Assembly: GCA_018657525.1 (NCBI GenBank)
Contig: JABHWZ010000004.1
Coordinates: forward strand, 114,382-178,381
Origin: an archaeon
GTDB lineage: Archaea; Nanobdellota; Nanobdellia; Pacearchaeales; GW2011-AR1
Direction of reading: 5' to 3'
Length of the DNA: 64,000 bases
In this document: positions 19,119 to 27,748 of the stretch, one piece after another
Numbering within the stretch: position 1 is the stretch's first letter
How the letters are laid out: each line of letters opens with the position of its first letter
Notes under the pieces: generated by a model
The model's database searches: none
What the model saw: the letters and a program-made list of their open reading frames with translations, nothing else
What the model was told of the DNA's origin: nothing
Position numbers and translations under genes: made by a program

Positions 19119-19685
19119 ATGAATGAAGTTATCGTTGCAGATATTATGACTAGGAATCTGATCACAATCAAACCAGAAATGGACCTACTAAACTGCGCTA
19201 AAATAATGATAAAAAAAAGAGCGGGCAGTATTTTAATTGTAGATCAAAAAAAACTCCGCGGATTTATTTCTGAACATGATATTCTCTGGGCCTTTACCAA
19301 AACCAAAACAAAGGCAGAACTTTCTAAAATAAGAGTAATAGATATTTCTCCAAAAAAAATAGCGACAATACGACCGACAGCAGGATTGCAAGAAGTAATG
19401 AAAAAAATGAAACATTTAAAATTCGAAAAATTGCCTGTCATCGACAAAGGAGAATTAGTCGGAATGGTAACTGTAAACGACATCCTAAACTTTAAACCCG
19501 AACTCTACCCCGAACTAAACGAATTCTCAGAGATAAGGGAAGCCTCAAATAAATTAACTCGGATAAAAAAAGCAAAAGAAAGAAAATCCATGAATGAGGG
19601 AATCTGTGAAGAATGTGGAAACGTCGAATTGCTCTACAGATTCAACGGAATGTTAGTATGCGAATCCTGTCAAGATAGAACTTAA
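19119..19685 (+). CDS. CBS-domain protein with C-terminal Zn ribbon
   Basis: Two CBS repeats; CEECG...CESC. Confidence 0.88.
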   Translation: MNEVIVADIMTRNLITIKPEMDLLNCAKIMIKKRAGSILIVDQKKLRGFISEHDILWAFTKTKTKAELSKIRVIDISPKKIATIRPTAGLQEVMKKMKHLKFEKLPVIDKGELVGMVTVNDILNFKPELYPELNEFSEIREASNKLTRIKKAKERKSMNEGICEECGNVELLYRFNGMLVCESCQDRT

Positions 19686-19730
19686 GAAAACTATTTAAAC
19701 CAATTTTATTTATTATAATGGAGAGGAAAA

Positions 19731-20240
19731 ATGGCAGAAAAAGATATACTATTTTCAAGTAAACTAAAACACAAGGGTATTTTCAATTTTGCAGCTTTCT
19801 ACAAATTTTGCTATGACTGGCTTGAAGCAGAAACAGGTTTACTTTTACAAGAATCAAAATACGCTGAAAAACTATCCGGCGACATGAAGGAGATTGACAT
19901 TGAATGGAACGGATTCACTAAATTAACAGATTATTTCAGATTTGACATGAAAGTAACTTTCAAGATTCTTGCAATGAAACAAGTTGAAATTGTCCAGGAC
20001 GGGAAAAAAATCAAGACAAATGAAGGCCAGGTTGAAATGGGAGTCAAAGGAATTTTAACAAGAGATTGGCAAGGAGCTTATGAAAAAAGTGCATTCCAAA
20101 AAACATTAAGAACAATATACGACAAATGGCTTATCCCTTCTAGAATCGACCAATTCGAAGGCAAAGTAATTGGAGATTCAGACGAATTCTTAGGACAAGC
20201 CAAAGCATGGTTATCTCTTGAAGGAAAAGAACGACATTAA
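19731..20240 (+). CDS. Hypothetical protein
   Basis: 169-aa ORF with GGAGAGG SD. Confidence 0.75.
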   Translation: MAEKDILFSSKLKHKGIFNFAAFYKFCYDWLEAETGLLLQESKYAEKLSGDMKEIDIEWNGFTKLTDYFRFDMKVTFKILAMKQVEIVQDGKKIKTNEGQVEMGVKGILTRDWQGAYEKSAFQKTLRTIYDKWLIPSRIDQFEGKVIGDSDEFLGQAKAWLSLEGKERH

Positions 20241-20284
20241 TTCTTAACCGGCAAATTTAAATAAGCAATTTTTATAAATCAGGT

Positions 20285-20575
20285 ATGGATTTAAATACAT
20301 TAAGAACTGAAACATTAAAATTGATAGAAGAGTATAATCAGGATACAACTCATAGAAAAGTAGAACCAATTAATGGCTATGGGCAAGAAGACCCTCAAAT
20401 GATGATGTACTGGGCATTTTGGTCTGATGATATCCGCTCTGCACGAGGGGTTGGTTTTACATATATTAATAAAGAGTTAAAAGTTTTTTGTGGGAAAAAA
20501 GAAGTAATTGCTCTAGAAGATACTATTGATAATTTTAGAGAACAATTAAGAGCAATTCCAGCAAAAGCCCATTAA
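20285..20575 (+). CDS. Hypothetical protein
   Basis: ORF track. Confidence 0.55.
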   Translation: MDLNTLRTETLKLIEEYNQDTTHRKVEPINGYGQEDPQMMMYWAFWSDDIRSARGVGFTYINKELKVFCGKKEVIALEDTIDNFREQLRAIPAKAH

Positions 20576-20626
20576 TTCATCCCACACCATAGAAATCTTT
20601 AAATAGAAATTTAATAAGTATTTTAT

Positions 20627-22000
20627 ATGAAAAAATTAACACTTTCAATATTACTACTATTGCTTCTTCCCACAATCTTTGCAATCAATCTAGAAGTAAC
20701 ACAAAAAACCCCGAATCAAGTGATCATAGGAGGTTTAAATCAGCCAGCAATAGTAGAATTAGAAATCACCAACTTAGGATCAATAGACAATTTTGAAATC
20801 CTTAACTTATTTGGGTTCACATTAAATCCAACAGAAACAGGTTTCATAAAAAACAGCGAAACAAAAAAAATATATTTAGAAGTTTACCCGCGCTCAGATT
20901 TTTCAATAAAAGGATATTACACTTTATCTTATTTATTAAAATCAAAACAAACCTCAAAGTTACACAACCAAGAATTGACTCTAAAAATTGTAGATTTAGG
21001 AAACGCATTTGAAGTGGGAATTGAAGGATTTGACCTTGATGCAAACGAAATAGAAATTTATTTCAAAAATAAAGAAAATTTTAATTTTCAAGATTTATCT
21101 GTTAAATTTACTTCTAACTTTTTCAAATCTCAAGAAGAATTTGATTTAAATCCAAACGAAAAAAAAGTTTTTAATATTGAATTAGACAAAGATGACTTCA
21201 AAAGATTAAACGCTGGATTTTATACTTTAACTGCAGAAATTTCAGTAGAAAATCAAAAAGCAGAAGTTGAAGGAATTATTAATTTTAAACAGAATCCAGA
21301 TTTAAAAACACACGCAGAGAAATCTGGATTTTTCATCTATACTTCAAAAGTACAAAAAGAAAACACTGGAAATATAATAACAAAAACTCAAATAGAATTA
21401 AACAAAAATATTTTCTCACGATTATTCACCACCTTCAATGTTGAACCAGATTTAGTGAAAAGAAATGGAATAAAAATAAATTATACATGGGAAAAATCAG
21501 TAAAACCCGGAGAAACTTTTGAAGTGGTTGCCAAAACAAATTTTTTATTCCCGGTCATAATTATTTCATTAATCGTAATTTTAATTATTACTATTCAGCA
21601 TTATTTAAAATGCGACATAGTAATCAAAAAAAGAATTAATTTTGTCCATACGAAAAATAAACAATTCGCACTAAAAGTAAATATAATGGTTCGAGCTCAA
21701 AATTATGTGGAACAAGTTAATATTTTGGATAGACTCCCATTGATGGTAAAACTTTATTCAAAATTTGGCGGGCAAGAACCAACACGAGCCAACGAAGAAA
21801 AAAGAAGAATTGAATGGAACTTTGAGAAACTGGAAAAAGGAGAAGTGCGAACAATGTCTTATGTTATTTATTCAAAAGTCGGAGTGTTTGGAAAATTCGC
21901 CTTGCCAAAAACAACAGCAATTTATGAGAAAGAAGGCGAATTAAAAGAAACAGCGTCGAATCAAGTTTACTTTATGTCCGAGGAAGCTCGCGAGCAATAA
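20627..22000 (+). CDS. Membrane-anchored surface protein with Ig-like beta domains
   Basis: Signal peptide, beta-rich ectodomain, single TM near aa 305-325, cytoplasmic beta domain. Confidence 0.75.
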   Translation: MKKLTLSILLLLLLPTIFAINLEVTQKTPNQVIIGGLNQPAIVELEITNLGSIDNFEILNLFGFTLNPTETGFIKNSETKKIYLEVYPRSDFSIKGYYTLSYLLKSKQTSKLHNQELTLKIVDLGNAFEVGIEGFDLDANEIEIYFKNKENFNFQDLSVKFTSNFFKSQEEFDLNPNEKKVFNIELDKDDFKRLNAGFYTLTAEISVENQKAEVEGIINFKQNPDLKTHAEKSGFFIYTSKVQKENTGNIITKTQIELNKNIFSRLFTTFNVEPDLVKRNGIKINYTWEKSVKPGETFEVVAKTNFLFPVIIISLIVILIITIQHYLKCDIVIKKRINFVHTKNKQFALKVNIMVRAQNYVEQVNILDRLPLMVKLYSKFGGQEPTRANEEKRRIEWNFEKLEKGEVRTMSYVIYSKVGVFGKFALPKTTAIYEKEGELKETASNQVYFMSEEAREQ

Positions 22001-22095
22001 TTAGTGAGTAAAACGAACGTATGTAAGCCGAGCGAGGTTTCGAGTTGAGGCAAGAAAAGAAGCATAAAATAAAAGATAAACTTTATAAATCCTCT

Positions 22096-22482
22096 TTAAA
22101 ACATTTCACTATCTAAAAAATCAACCAAATCTTCTTTATGTTCAAATAAATTTCTAGGCAAACAGACACTTATTTTACAATTCCCTGGATAAGATTGATA
22201 ATCTACTTCACTTGCTGATTTACAATTACTTTCAGAAATATAATCCATTCGTAAATAAAATCCCGCTGGAAAAAGATACTCATCAGTAAACCCCGGATTA
22301 TGTAATTTATGAAAAAAGTCAGAATGACGAGAAATTTCAACACACCCTTTACGCATAAATCTTTCATAAGCCCTATTTCTAAACTCTTCCAAATTTTCAA
22401 AAGGCCAATTAACAACCGCCCGAAATCCATTCTCTACTTCATTAATTACCCACTCTTCTAAAATATCAACAGAGTCATTCAT
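22096..22482 (-). CDS. Hypothetical protein
   Basis: ORF track. Confidence 0.55.
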   Translation of the reverse strand: MNDSVDILEEWVINEVENGFRAVVNWPFENLEEFRNRAYERFMRKGCVEISRHSDFFHKLHNPGFTDEYLFPAGFYLRMDYISESNCKSASEVDYQSYPGNCKISVCLPRNLFEHKEDLVDFLDSEMF

Positions 22483-22546
22483 TTTATATCACTCATTATT
22501 AAAAAAGAACTTATGGATTTTTAAATTTTATTGTGATGATGAATTA

Positions 22547-23161
22547 TTAGAAAGTTTTCTGAGCAATCAAATTAGACATCTCATGAGTATGAAATCTTCC
22601 TTTGCCATGTTTTTCTTCCTTTGAATATTCTTTGTAAGAAATTATGTCCCAGACAGGATACATCCCAGATAACTCCCCATTAGAAAATTGATACTTATTC
22701 CTATTTTCTTTTCCTTTTCTAAAAACCCCAATAAAATTATATCCATTCTTTCTAGTTCTCTCCTGCATATTTTTTACTAATCTATAAACTTTTCTTTTTG
22801 TCAAAAAGTGTATTGAGAATAATGCACAAATTGCATCATAATCTTCAAGAATTTTATAAGTTTCTAAATCTCCAACAAAACTTTTGACTTTCAATTTAGC
22901 TTTTTTTGCATAAGCATCTAATTTAGCTATTCCAGTTTCTGCAATATCCATAGCTGTTACACGATGACCTTTGCTAGCTAGATAAAGTGCTACTCTCCCA
23001 GTTCCACACCCCAAATCCAAAACTTTTGAATTTCTTTTTAATAAAGCTTCAAATTCAATTAATCTTTTTCCAGGTTTTAAACCCCAATAAGCGCCCCTTG
23101 TTTTTGCATACTCTTTTTCAAAACGATACTTTCCCCCAATCTTATTTTTCAAAGAACCCAT
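22547..23161 (-). CDS. Class I SAM methyltransferase (TehB-like)
   Basis: VLDLGCGTGR, AMDI; GYN...Y.F..GEL...Y..W pattern. Confidence 0.85.
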   Translation of the reverse strand: MGSLKNKIGGKYRFEKEYAKTRGAYWGLKPGKRLIEFEALLKRNSKVLDLGCGTGRVALYLASKGHRVTAMDIAETGIAKLDAYAKKAKLKVKSFVGDLETYKILEDYDAICALFSIHFLTKRKVYRLVKNMQERTRKNGYNFIGVFRKGKENRNKYQFSNGELSGMYPVWDIISYKEYSKEEKHGKGRFHTHEMSNLIAQKTF

Positions 23162-23301
23162 ATTCTCTAAAATTAAACAGAATTTATAAACGTTTTCTTA
23201 ATCTCCTTCAACACCCACATTCCCCAAAATTTCTTTGATTCTTAAAAATAAAAAACATCAATAAATAATCACTTGATTATTTAATAAATAAAGAATAGAA
23301 T

Positions 23302-24102
23302 TTATTCTTCTCCAAACAATCCTTTAAAGAAATCTCCCACTGTCCTAAAGAAATCTCCAACAACTCCTGGACTTTCATGACCTTCTTCATAATTTGCATC
23401 CCCTGTTCCAGCATCATCACCAAATTCAGAACTTGCATCTGCACATTCAATGTCAACAATACAATCCCAACCTTGTCCAGATGGACCTTCTATTGGCCCT
23501 CCATAACAATGTTCACATTTATTAATACATTCATTTTCTTTTTCTGTTACCTGTTCATCATTTAAACATGGACCCTCATATAAATTAACACATTCTTCTG
23601 CACACTTTTTACATAGTGCACCTCCAGTCTCACCCTCCTTACTATTCCCACAAATCATTGAAGGATCTTCCACTGCAACACAATTAGAAATACAAATCTG
23701 CTCTGCATCCATCTCAGATTCATCAGGAGCATCTCCTTTCATATTACATTCATCCTCACATTTATCAATATTTAAATTTTGACAAACCATATCAAATTCT
23801 TCGCAGCCAACTTTAATACAATCTTGCATACATGATTCTCCTTCATCTGCAGGTTCAGGTGGACCAGAAACATCAACACCACATTGCGCCCCACATTCCA
23901 CAGATTTTGCTTCTCTGCATTCCATATCATTTGCATCGCATCCTTGAGTTGTACATTCTTCCATACAATTCATATCTGCAACACTAGGTCCCCCATAACC
24001 CTCGTCATTAGAAGAAGGTCCCCTTGCAACATTCCCAGTTAATTGAAAATAGGAAAATAAAGTTATAATAAATACAATAAAAATAATCAATTCTTTTTTC
24101 AT
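23302..24102 (-). CDS. Secreted or anchored cysteine-rich repeat protein
   Basis: N-terminal TM; repeated C-x3-C-x4-C-x6-C units; acidic. Confidence 0.75.
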   Translation of the reverse strand: MKKELIIFIVFIITLFSYFQLTGNVARGPSSNDEGYGGPSVADMNCMEECTTQGCDANDMECREAKSVECGAQCGVDVSGPPEPADEGESCMQDCIKVGCEEFDMVCQNLNIDKCEDECNMKGDAPDESEMDAEQICISNCVAVEDPSMICGNSKEGETGGALCKKCAEECVNLYEGPCLNDEQVTEKENECINKCEHCYGGPIEGPSGQGWDCIVDIECADASSEFGDDAGTGDANYEEGHESPGVVGDFFRTVGDFFKGLFGEE

Positions 24103-24168
24103 TAAACTACTAAAGAAAAAGGATTTATAAAATTATGGAATGCACCCGCACAAATATGACAGGGGGGT

Positions 24169-25068
24169 TTAAAAAATAATTTTTTCATCTCTTAGTAAAT
24201 CAAACAAAAATTTGATTAAAGGTCTTAAATTTCCATTGACCTGTGACTCTTCTAGCCCTTCATAATATCTGTACTTATTTTTGCTTGGAATGTTAATCAT
24301 TGGATATTTGTTTTTTCTTAATACAAAATTCATTAATAATCTTCCCACTCTTCCGTTCCCATCAACAAAAGGATGGATTGTTTCAAAAGCAGAATGAAAA
24401 TATGTCGCGAGTATTAAAGGGTGAAGCTTATTCTTGTTTTTCGTATACCAAGACAGTAAGTAGGACATTTCTTTGGCAACTTCTGTTGGCTTAGGAGGCA
24501 TCCACTCAGTCCCCCTAATGTATACTTGCAAAGTTCGATATTTTCCTATTTGATTTTCTAGCTCTTCTTTCAATGTTTCTTTTACAACTAATTTATGCAA
24601 ATTTAGAATCATTTTTTTGTTCAGGTCACCCTCACAATTTAATAAATAGTCAAAAGCCTTTTTGTGATTCATAATTTCATTTATTTCTCTTAATGATTTT
24701 CTCGGAGTTACTCTTTCAAATAATAATTGAGATGTTTCTTGCAGTGTTAATGTATTCCCTTCAATACTTGTAGAATCGTATGTAAAAAGGGAAACAAATG
24801 CCTCATAACGATTTTCCTCTGTAGCTTTTAATTGCTTAAGATAAATTTCTTTTATTTTTTTTAGTTCTGTTTCTTCACTTTTGGTAAGAAGAGTGGATAG
24901 TAAGGATAATTCTTTATCTGCATCTGCTTCTTTTTTAGATAACTTTCTTTTATCTAAATCTACGCCCAAATATATCCTTTTTTTATTTACATCCTTTCCT
25001 CTTCTAATTGACTTAACTCTGTAAAAGTATTTTCTTCCACCTTTTTCTTTTATTTCAGTATAAACCAT
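24169..25068 (-). CDS. Fic family protein
   Basis: HPFVDGNGRVGR; STSIEGNT inhibitory-type motif; basic N-terminal domain. Confidence 0.93.
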   Translation of the reverse strand: MVYTEIKEKGGRKYFYRVKSIRRGKDVNKKRIYLGVDLDKRKLSKKEADADKELSLLSTLLTKSEETELKKIKEIYLKQLKATEENRYEAFVSLFTYDSTSIEGNTLTLQETSQLLFERVTPRKSLREINEIMNHKKAFDYLLNCEGDLNKKMILNLHKLVVKETLKEELENQIGKYRTLQVYIRGTEWMPPKPTEVAKEMSYLLSWYTKNKNKLHPLILATYFHSAFETIHPFVDGNGRVGRLLMNFVLRKNKYPMINIPSKNKYRYYEGLEESQVNGNLRPLIKFLFDLLRDEKIIF

Positions 25069-25076
25069 AATAATTT

Positions 25077-25118
25077 TACGTCTACACCATTTAAATAGTT
25101 TTCTACGCAGTGGACGTA
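25077..25118. promoter_or_regulatory. Inverted repeat flanking the Fic TATA box (putative operator)
   Basis: TACGTCTAC...GTGGACGTA around ATTTAAAT. Confidence 0.45.
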
Positions 25119-25158
25119 CTGATTATAAGGTTACTCTGGAGGTCTATCTTATCATTAA

Positions 25159-25210
25159 TAAAAAAATCCCTCACCAAAATTTTGCAATTGGTTTAATTTT
25201 TAGGGATTTG
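25159..25210. repeat. Degenerate tRNA-Tyr 3'-end-derived boundary repeat C
   Basis: TAAAAAAATCCCTCACCAAAATTTTGCAATTGGTTTAATTTTTAGGGATTTG resembles 25663-25713. Confidence 0.7.
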
Positions 25211-25247
25211 AGGAAATCTTTATAAATAATAAACTCCTATATTTAAA

Positions 25248-25607
25248 ATGAAAAAGATAACTTATATAATTAATTGGGCATTATTTTTTATAATCTATAT
25301 TATTTCATATATATTATTTATTAGTAGCGAAGATACTGAATTTGTAGTACATTTTTTCATAATATTAATTTTCGCATTATATTCAATTCTCTTTTTATAT
25401 TCAAGACATAAAGCCCCTAATTCATTTCCCAAAAAAATTGTAGTTCTAAATTGGATTGTATCCTTAATATTAATTTATTGTACTGAATTAACTCTTTCCG
25501 ATCCATGGGGAGCTTTAATATGGTATTTCTCAATCTTTCCACTGGGGATAGTAATAATTATCACATATGTTCTGTTAATCACATTAAAGGAAGAAATAAT
25601 CACTTGA
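25248..25607 (+). CDS. Four-TM membrane protein
   Basis: Hydrophobic ORF with its own TTTATAAA box. Confidence 0.65.
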   Translation: MKKITYIINWALFFIIYIISYILFISSEDTEFVVHFFIILIFALYSILFLYSRHKAPNSFPKKIVVLNWIVSLILIYCTELTLSDPWGALIWYFSIFPLGIVIIITYVLLITLKEEIIT

Positions 25608-25629
25608 TTTTTTAATTTCCAAAACTCTT

Positions 25630-25687
25630 TTTTATCGATGACAAATATTAAAACAGCGTCGATAAAAAAAATCCCCACCAAGATTCG
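25630..25687. repeat. Boundary repeat B (hairpin plus tRNA-Tyr 3'-end copy)
   Basis: 25630-25681 is 51/52 identical to 26553-26604; CCCCACCAAGATTCG (25673-25687) equals tRNA-Tyr 26778-26792. Confidence 0.85.
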
Positions 25688-25696
25688 CCAATTGGT

Positions 25697-26329
25697 TTAT
25701 TTTTTAGGGGTTTGATTGATAATATCCACACCGAGATGACTGGGAGAGTTAGATAATTTACAATCTTCAAAATCTGATTTTTTTAATTTTAAATATTTAT
25801 TTACAGATTTTATCAATTCGTTGGAACGAGAAAAATTAGAATTTCTAACCCTATCAAAATAAGTATATAAAATAACTTGAATTCCCCTTTTTCTTAATCT
25901 TTGAATTACCGGGACAAAATCTGAATCAGAAGCGATTAAAATAACTTGTTTTATTTTAGGAAATTCTATGGGAATCTCAATTAAATCCATTGTTAATAAA
26001 GTATCTACTCCTTTTTGTTTGTAGATATATTTCCCATTATTTTTAACTCTTTGACATCTCCCCTCTCTAATTGTCACACAATCATTACGCCCCAATTTAG
26101 AAGTAAAGGAATCATAATCTTCTTTTCTCTTTTTTTGGCTTGGATTAGGATTTGTACTTTGGTAAGGAGGAGCATTATAAAAAAATAAATGATAAAAAAT
26201 CGAACCAAATTTACCACAAAGATCTTTAGAGAATTTTAGAAGATCATATTTAAAATAATGGCCGTCCCCTAGTTCACGACTAACTTTGGATAAAAATCCT
26301 GCATCAACCATAACTAATACTTTTTCCAT
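25697..26329 (-). CDS. NYN (LabA/DUF88, PIN-fold) ribonuclease
   Basis: VDAGF, QKGVDTLLTMD, LIASDSDFVP, G..V, SNELI acidic active-site pattern. Confidence 0.9.
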   Translation of the reverse strand: MEKVLVMVDAGFLSKVSRELGDGHYFKYDLLKFSKDLCGKFGSIFYHLFFYNAPPYQSTNPNPSQKKRKEDYDSFTSKLGRNDCVTIREGRCQRVKNNGKYIYKQKGVDTLLTMDLIEIPIEFPKIKQVILIASDSDFVPVIQRLRKRGIQVILYTYFDRVRNSNFSRSNELIKSVNKYLKLKKSDFEDCKLSNSPSHLGVDIINQTPKK

Positions 26330-26364
26330 TAAGGAGACTAAGAAATTCTATTTTATAAATCTTA

Positions 26365-26412
26365 ATAAAAAAATAAATCATCCATTGACCCGGAGATCAA
26401 TGGGGAGCATGT
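26365..26412 (-). ncRNA. Candidate ~45-nt hairpin RNA upstream of the NYN gene
   Basis: Own ATTTAAAAA box (26435-26443), hairpin CCATTGA-N8-TCAATGG (26382-26403), T-run; the NYN gene has a separate TATA at 26351-26360. Ends estimated. Confidence 0.5.
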
Positions 26413-26552
26413 TAATATAATCATGATTTAATGATTTTTAAATGTTACTAAATACCACATAGAGATGGCTAGGAGAGTTGAAATTCACTTTATTTTCTTC
26501 CTAACCAAGCAACCATAAATCCAATAATCATTATAACAACATTACTTTTTGA

Positions 26553-26604
26553 TTTTATCGACGACAAATATTAAAACAGCGTCGATAAAAAAAATCCCCA
26601 CCAA
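26553..26604. repeat. Boundary repeat A
   Basis: TTTTATCGACG...CGTCGATAAAA inverted repeat followed by ATCCCCACCAA. Confidence 0.85.
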
Positions 26605-26774
26605 TGCTCCTAACCCTGATTTTAAATTTTAAAGTTTACCTTCGGGAGTTTATTAAAATCAAAGTTACTCGTCAAACACAGGATAAAATCAAAGATTTTG
26701 AAAGTTTTCTGTACTTAACCGAGTTAGAACTTTGAAAAGAAAAAAGTGGTTCCAAAAAAGGAACCACTTAACTA

Positions 26775-26928
26775 TCCCCCCACCAAGATTCGAACTTGGG
26801 ATCTTCCGGGTGCTGCACTAATGCAGTCCATAGGAACTGACTTCTCAGGCTTCATTTAATTTCGATGAATCTAATCGAATATCCACCCTATTCTACAGCC
26901 AGACGCTCTACCGCTGAGCTATGGAGGG
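26775..26928 (-). tRNA. tRNA-Tyr(GTA) with an 82-nt intron at 37/38 (26811-26892)
   Basis: C1:G72 acceptor CCCTCCA/TGGGGGG; TCTGG-CTGTAG|intron|C-CCGGA; BHB central helix CTGT/GCAG with 3-nt bulges. Confidence 0.92.
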
Positions 26929-27064
26929 ATTTAAACTTCCCCAACCTAACTTAATAGATTGAGTGTTATCCTATAACATAAAAACAGATAAGAATTAACA
27001 TATCTGTACCTATGTTAAAATATTGTAGATTTTGATATTTATAAAGATTGTTGTTAATCCCCAA

Positions 27065-27154
27065 CCGCCCACGACCCTAGTCAAGCATCCTAAGGCGATG
27101 TCGTGTTTGTTTGCTTTATTGTAATTGGTGGCTTTTGTTTTTAAGTCTTGTCGA
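27065..27154. repeat. 90-bp direct repeat, copy 1
   Basis: 86/90 identical to 29842-29931. Confidence 0.9.
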
Positions 27155-27234
27155 GATTGAGTGGGGGGATTAGTTAAATAATCAAGTGATTGTTTATTCA
27201 AAGGATTTTTAAAGTTAAATTTGTTGATCAGAGT

Positions 27235-27738
27235 ATGAAAGAAGGTTTTGATTCAACTGCTTTTAATGAGCAGGCTATAACTCCAAAAAAATCTAAAATT
27301 TGGGTTTGGGTTTTCATGTTTGGAGTAGTTTTAGCGATATTAATCATTGGAGGTTATTTTGTTTATTTTAATTCTCCTGGGGAGCCCCAACTAGTAAAAA
27401 TTAATTCATTAGAGATAGTTAATGTCTATAGAAATTGTGAAAAAAATGGAGCTGATTATAAAGATACTACGCTTCAAACTACAATTGATGTTGAAATTAC
27501 AAAAAATGAAAAATATTCAGAAAAAATCCTTGCTAGGGATTGCGTTTTAAAACTTGATTCTAATAACGTTGAAAGTTTTTCCTTAGTTGTACTTCCAGTC
27601 CCGAATCCTTATATTGAGGGAATCCAGGATTCTGGTTTACACAGGGTAACTGGAGCAGAATTAATTGGAGATAAATCAGGAGAATTAACTTTTTGTTGTC
27701 AAGAAAAATGTGACACTGCATTTGTTAATGCTTGTTAA
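27235..27738 (+). CDS. Single-TM membrane-anchored protein with Cys-containing ectodomain
   Basis: ATG 27235 lies about 21 nt below TTTTTAAAG; one TM helix. Confidence 0.7.
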   Translation: MKEGFDSTAFNEQAITPKKSKIWVWVFMFGVVLAILIIGGYFVYFNSPGEPQLVKINSLEIVNVYRNCEKNGADYKDTTLQTTIDVEITKNEKYSEKILARDCVLKLDSNNVESFSLVVLPVPNPYIEGIQDSGLHRVTGAELIGDKSGELTFCCQEKCDTAFVNAC

Positions 27739-27748
27739 ATAATATACA

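Noticed and set aside
27066-27073. CGCCCACG in the 90-bp repeats matches the tRNA-Asp 3' end (50034-50041), suggesting attR of a 20-kb element
   Set aside because: Only 8 bp with no T-arm similarity, and the implied element would contain ordinary chromosomal genes.
27010-27201. 63-aa minus-strand ORF across the 90-bp repeat
   Set aside because: TTG start with no evident initiation signal, no recognisable protein features, and no comparable ORF at the second copy.
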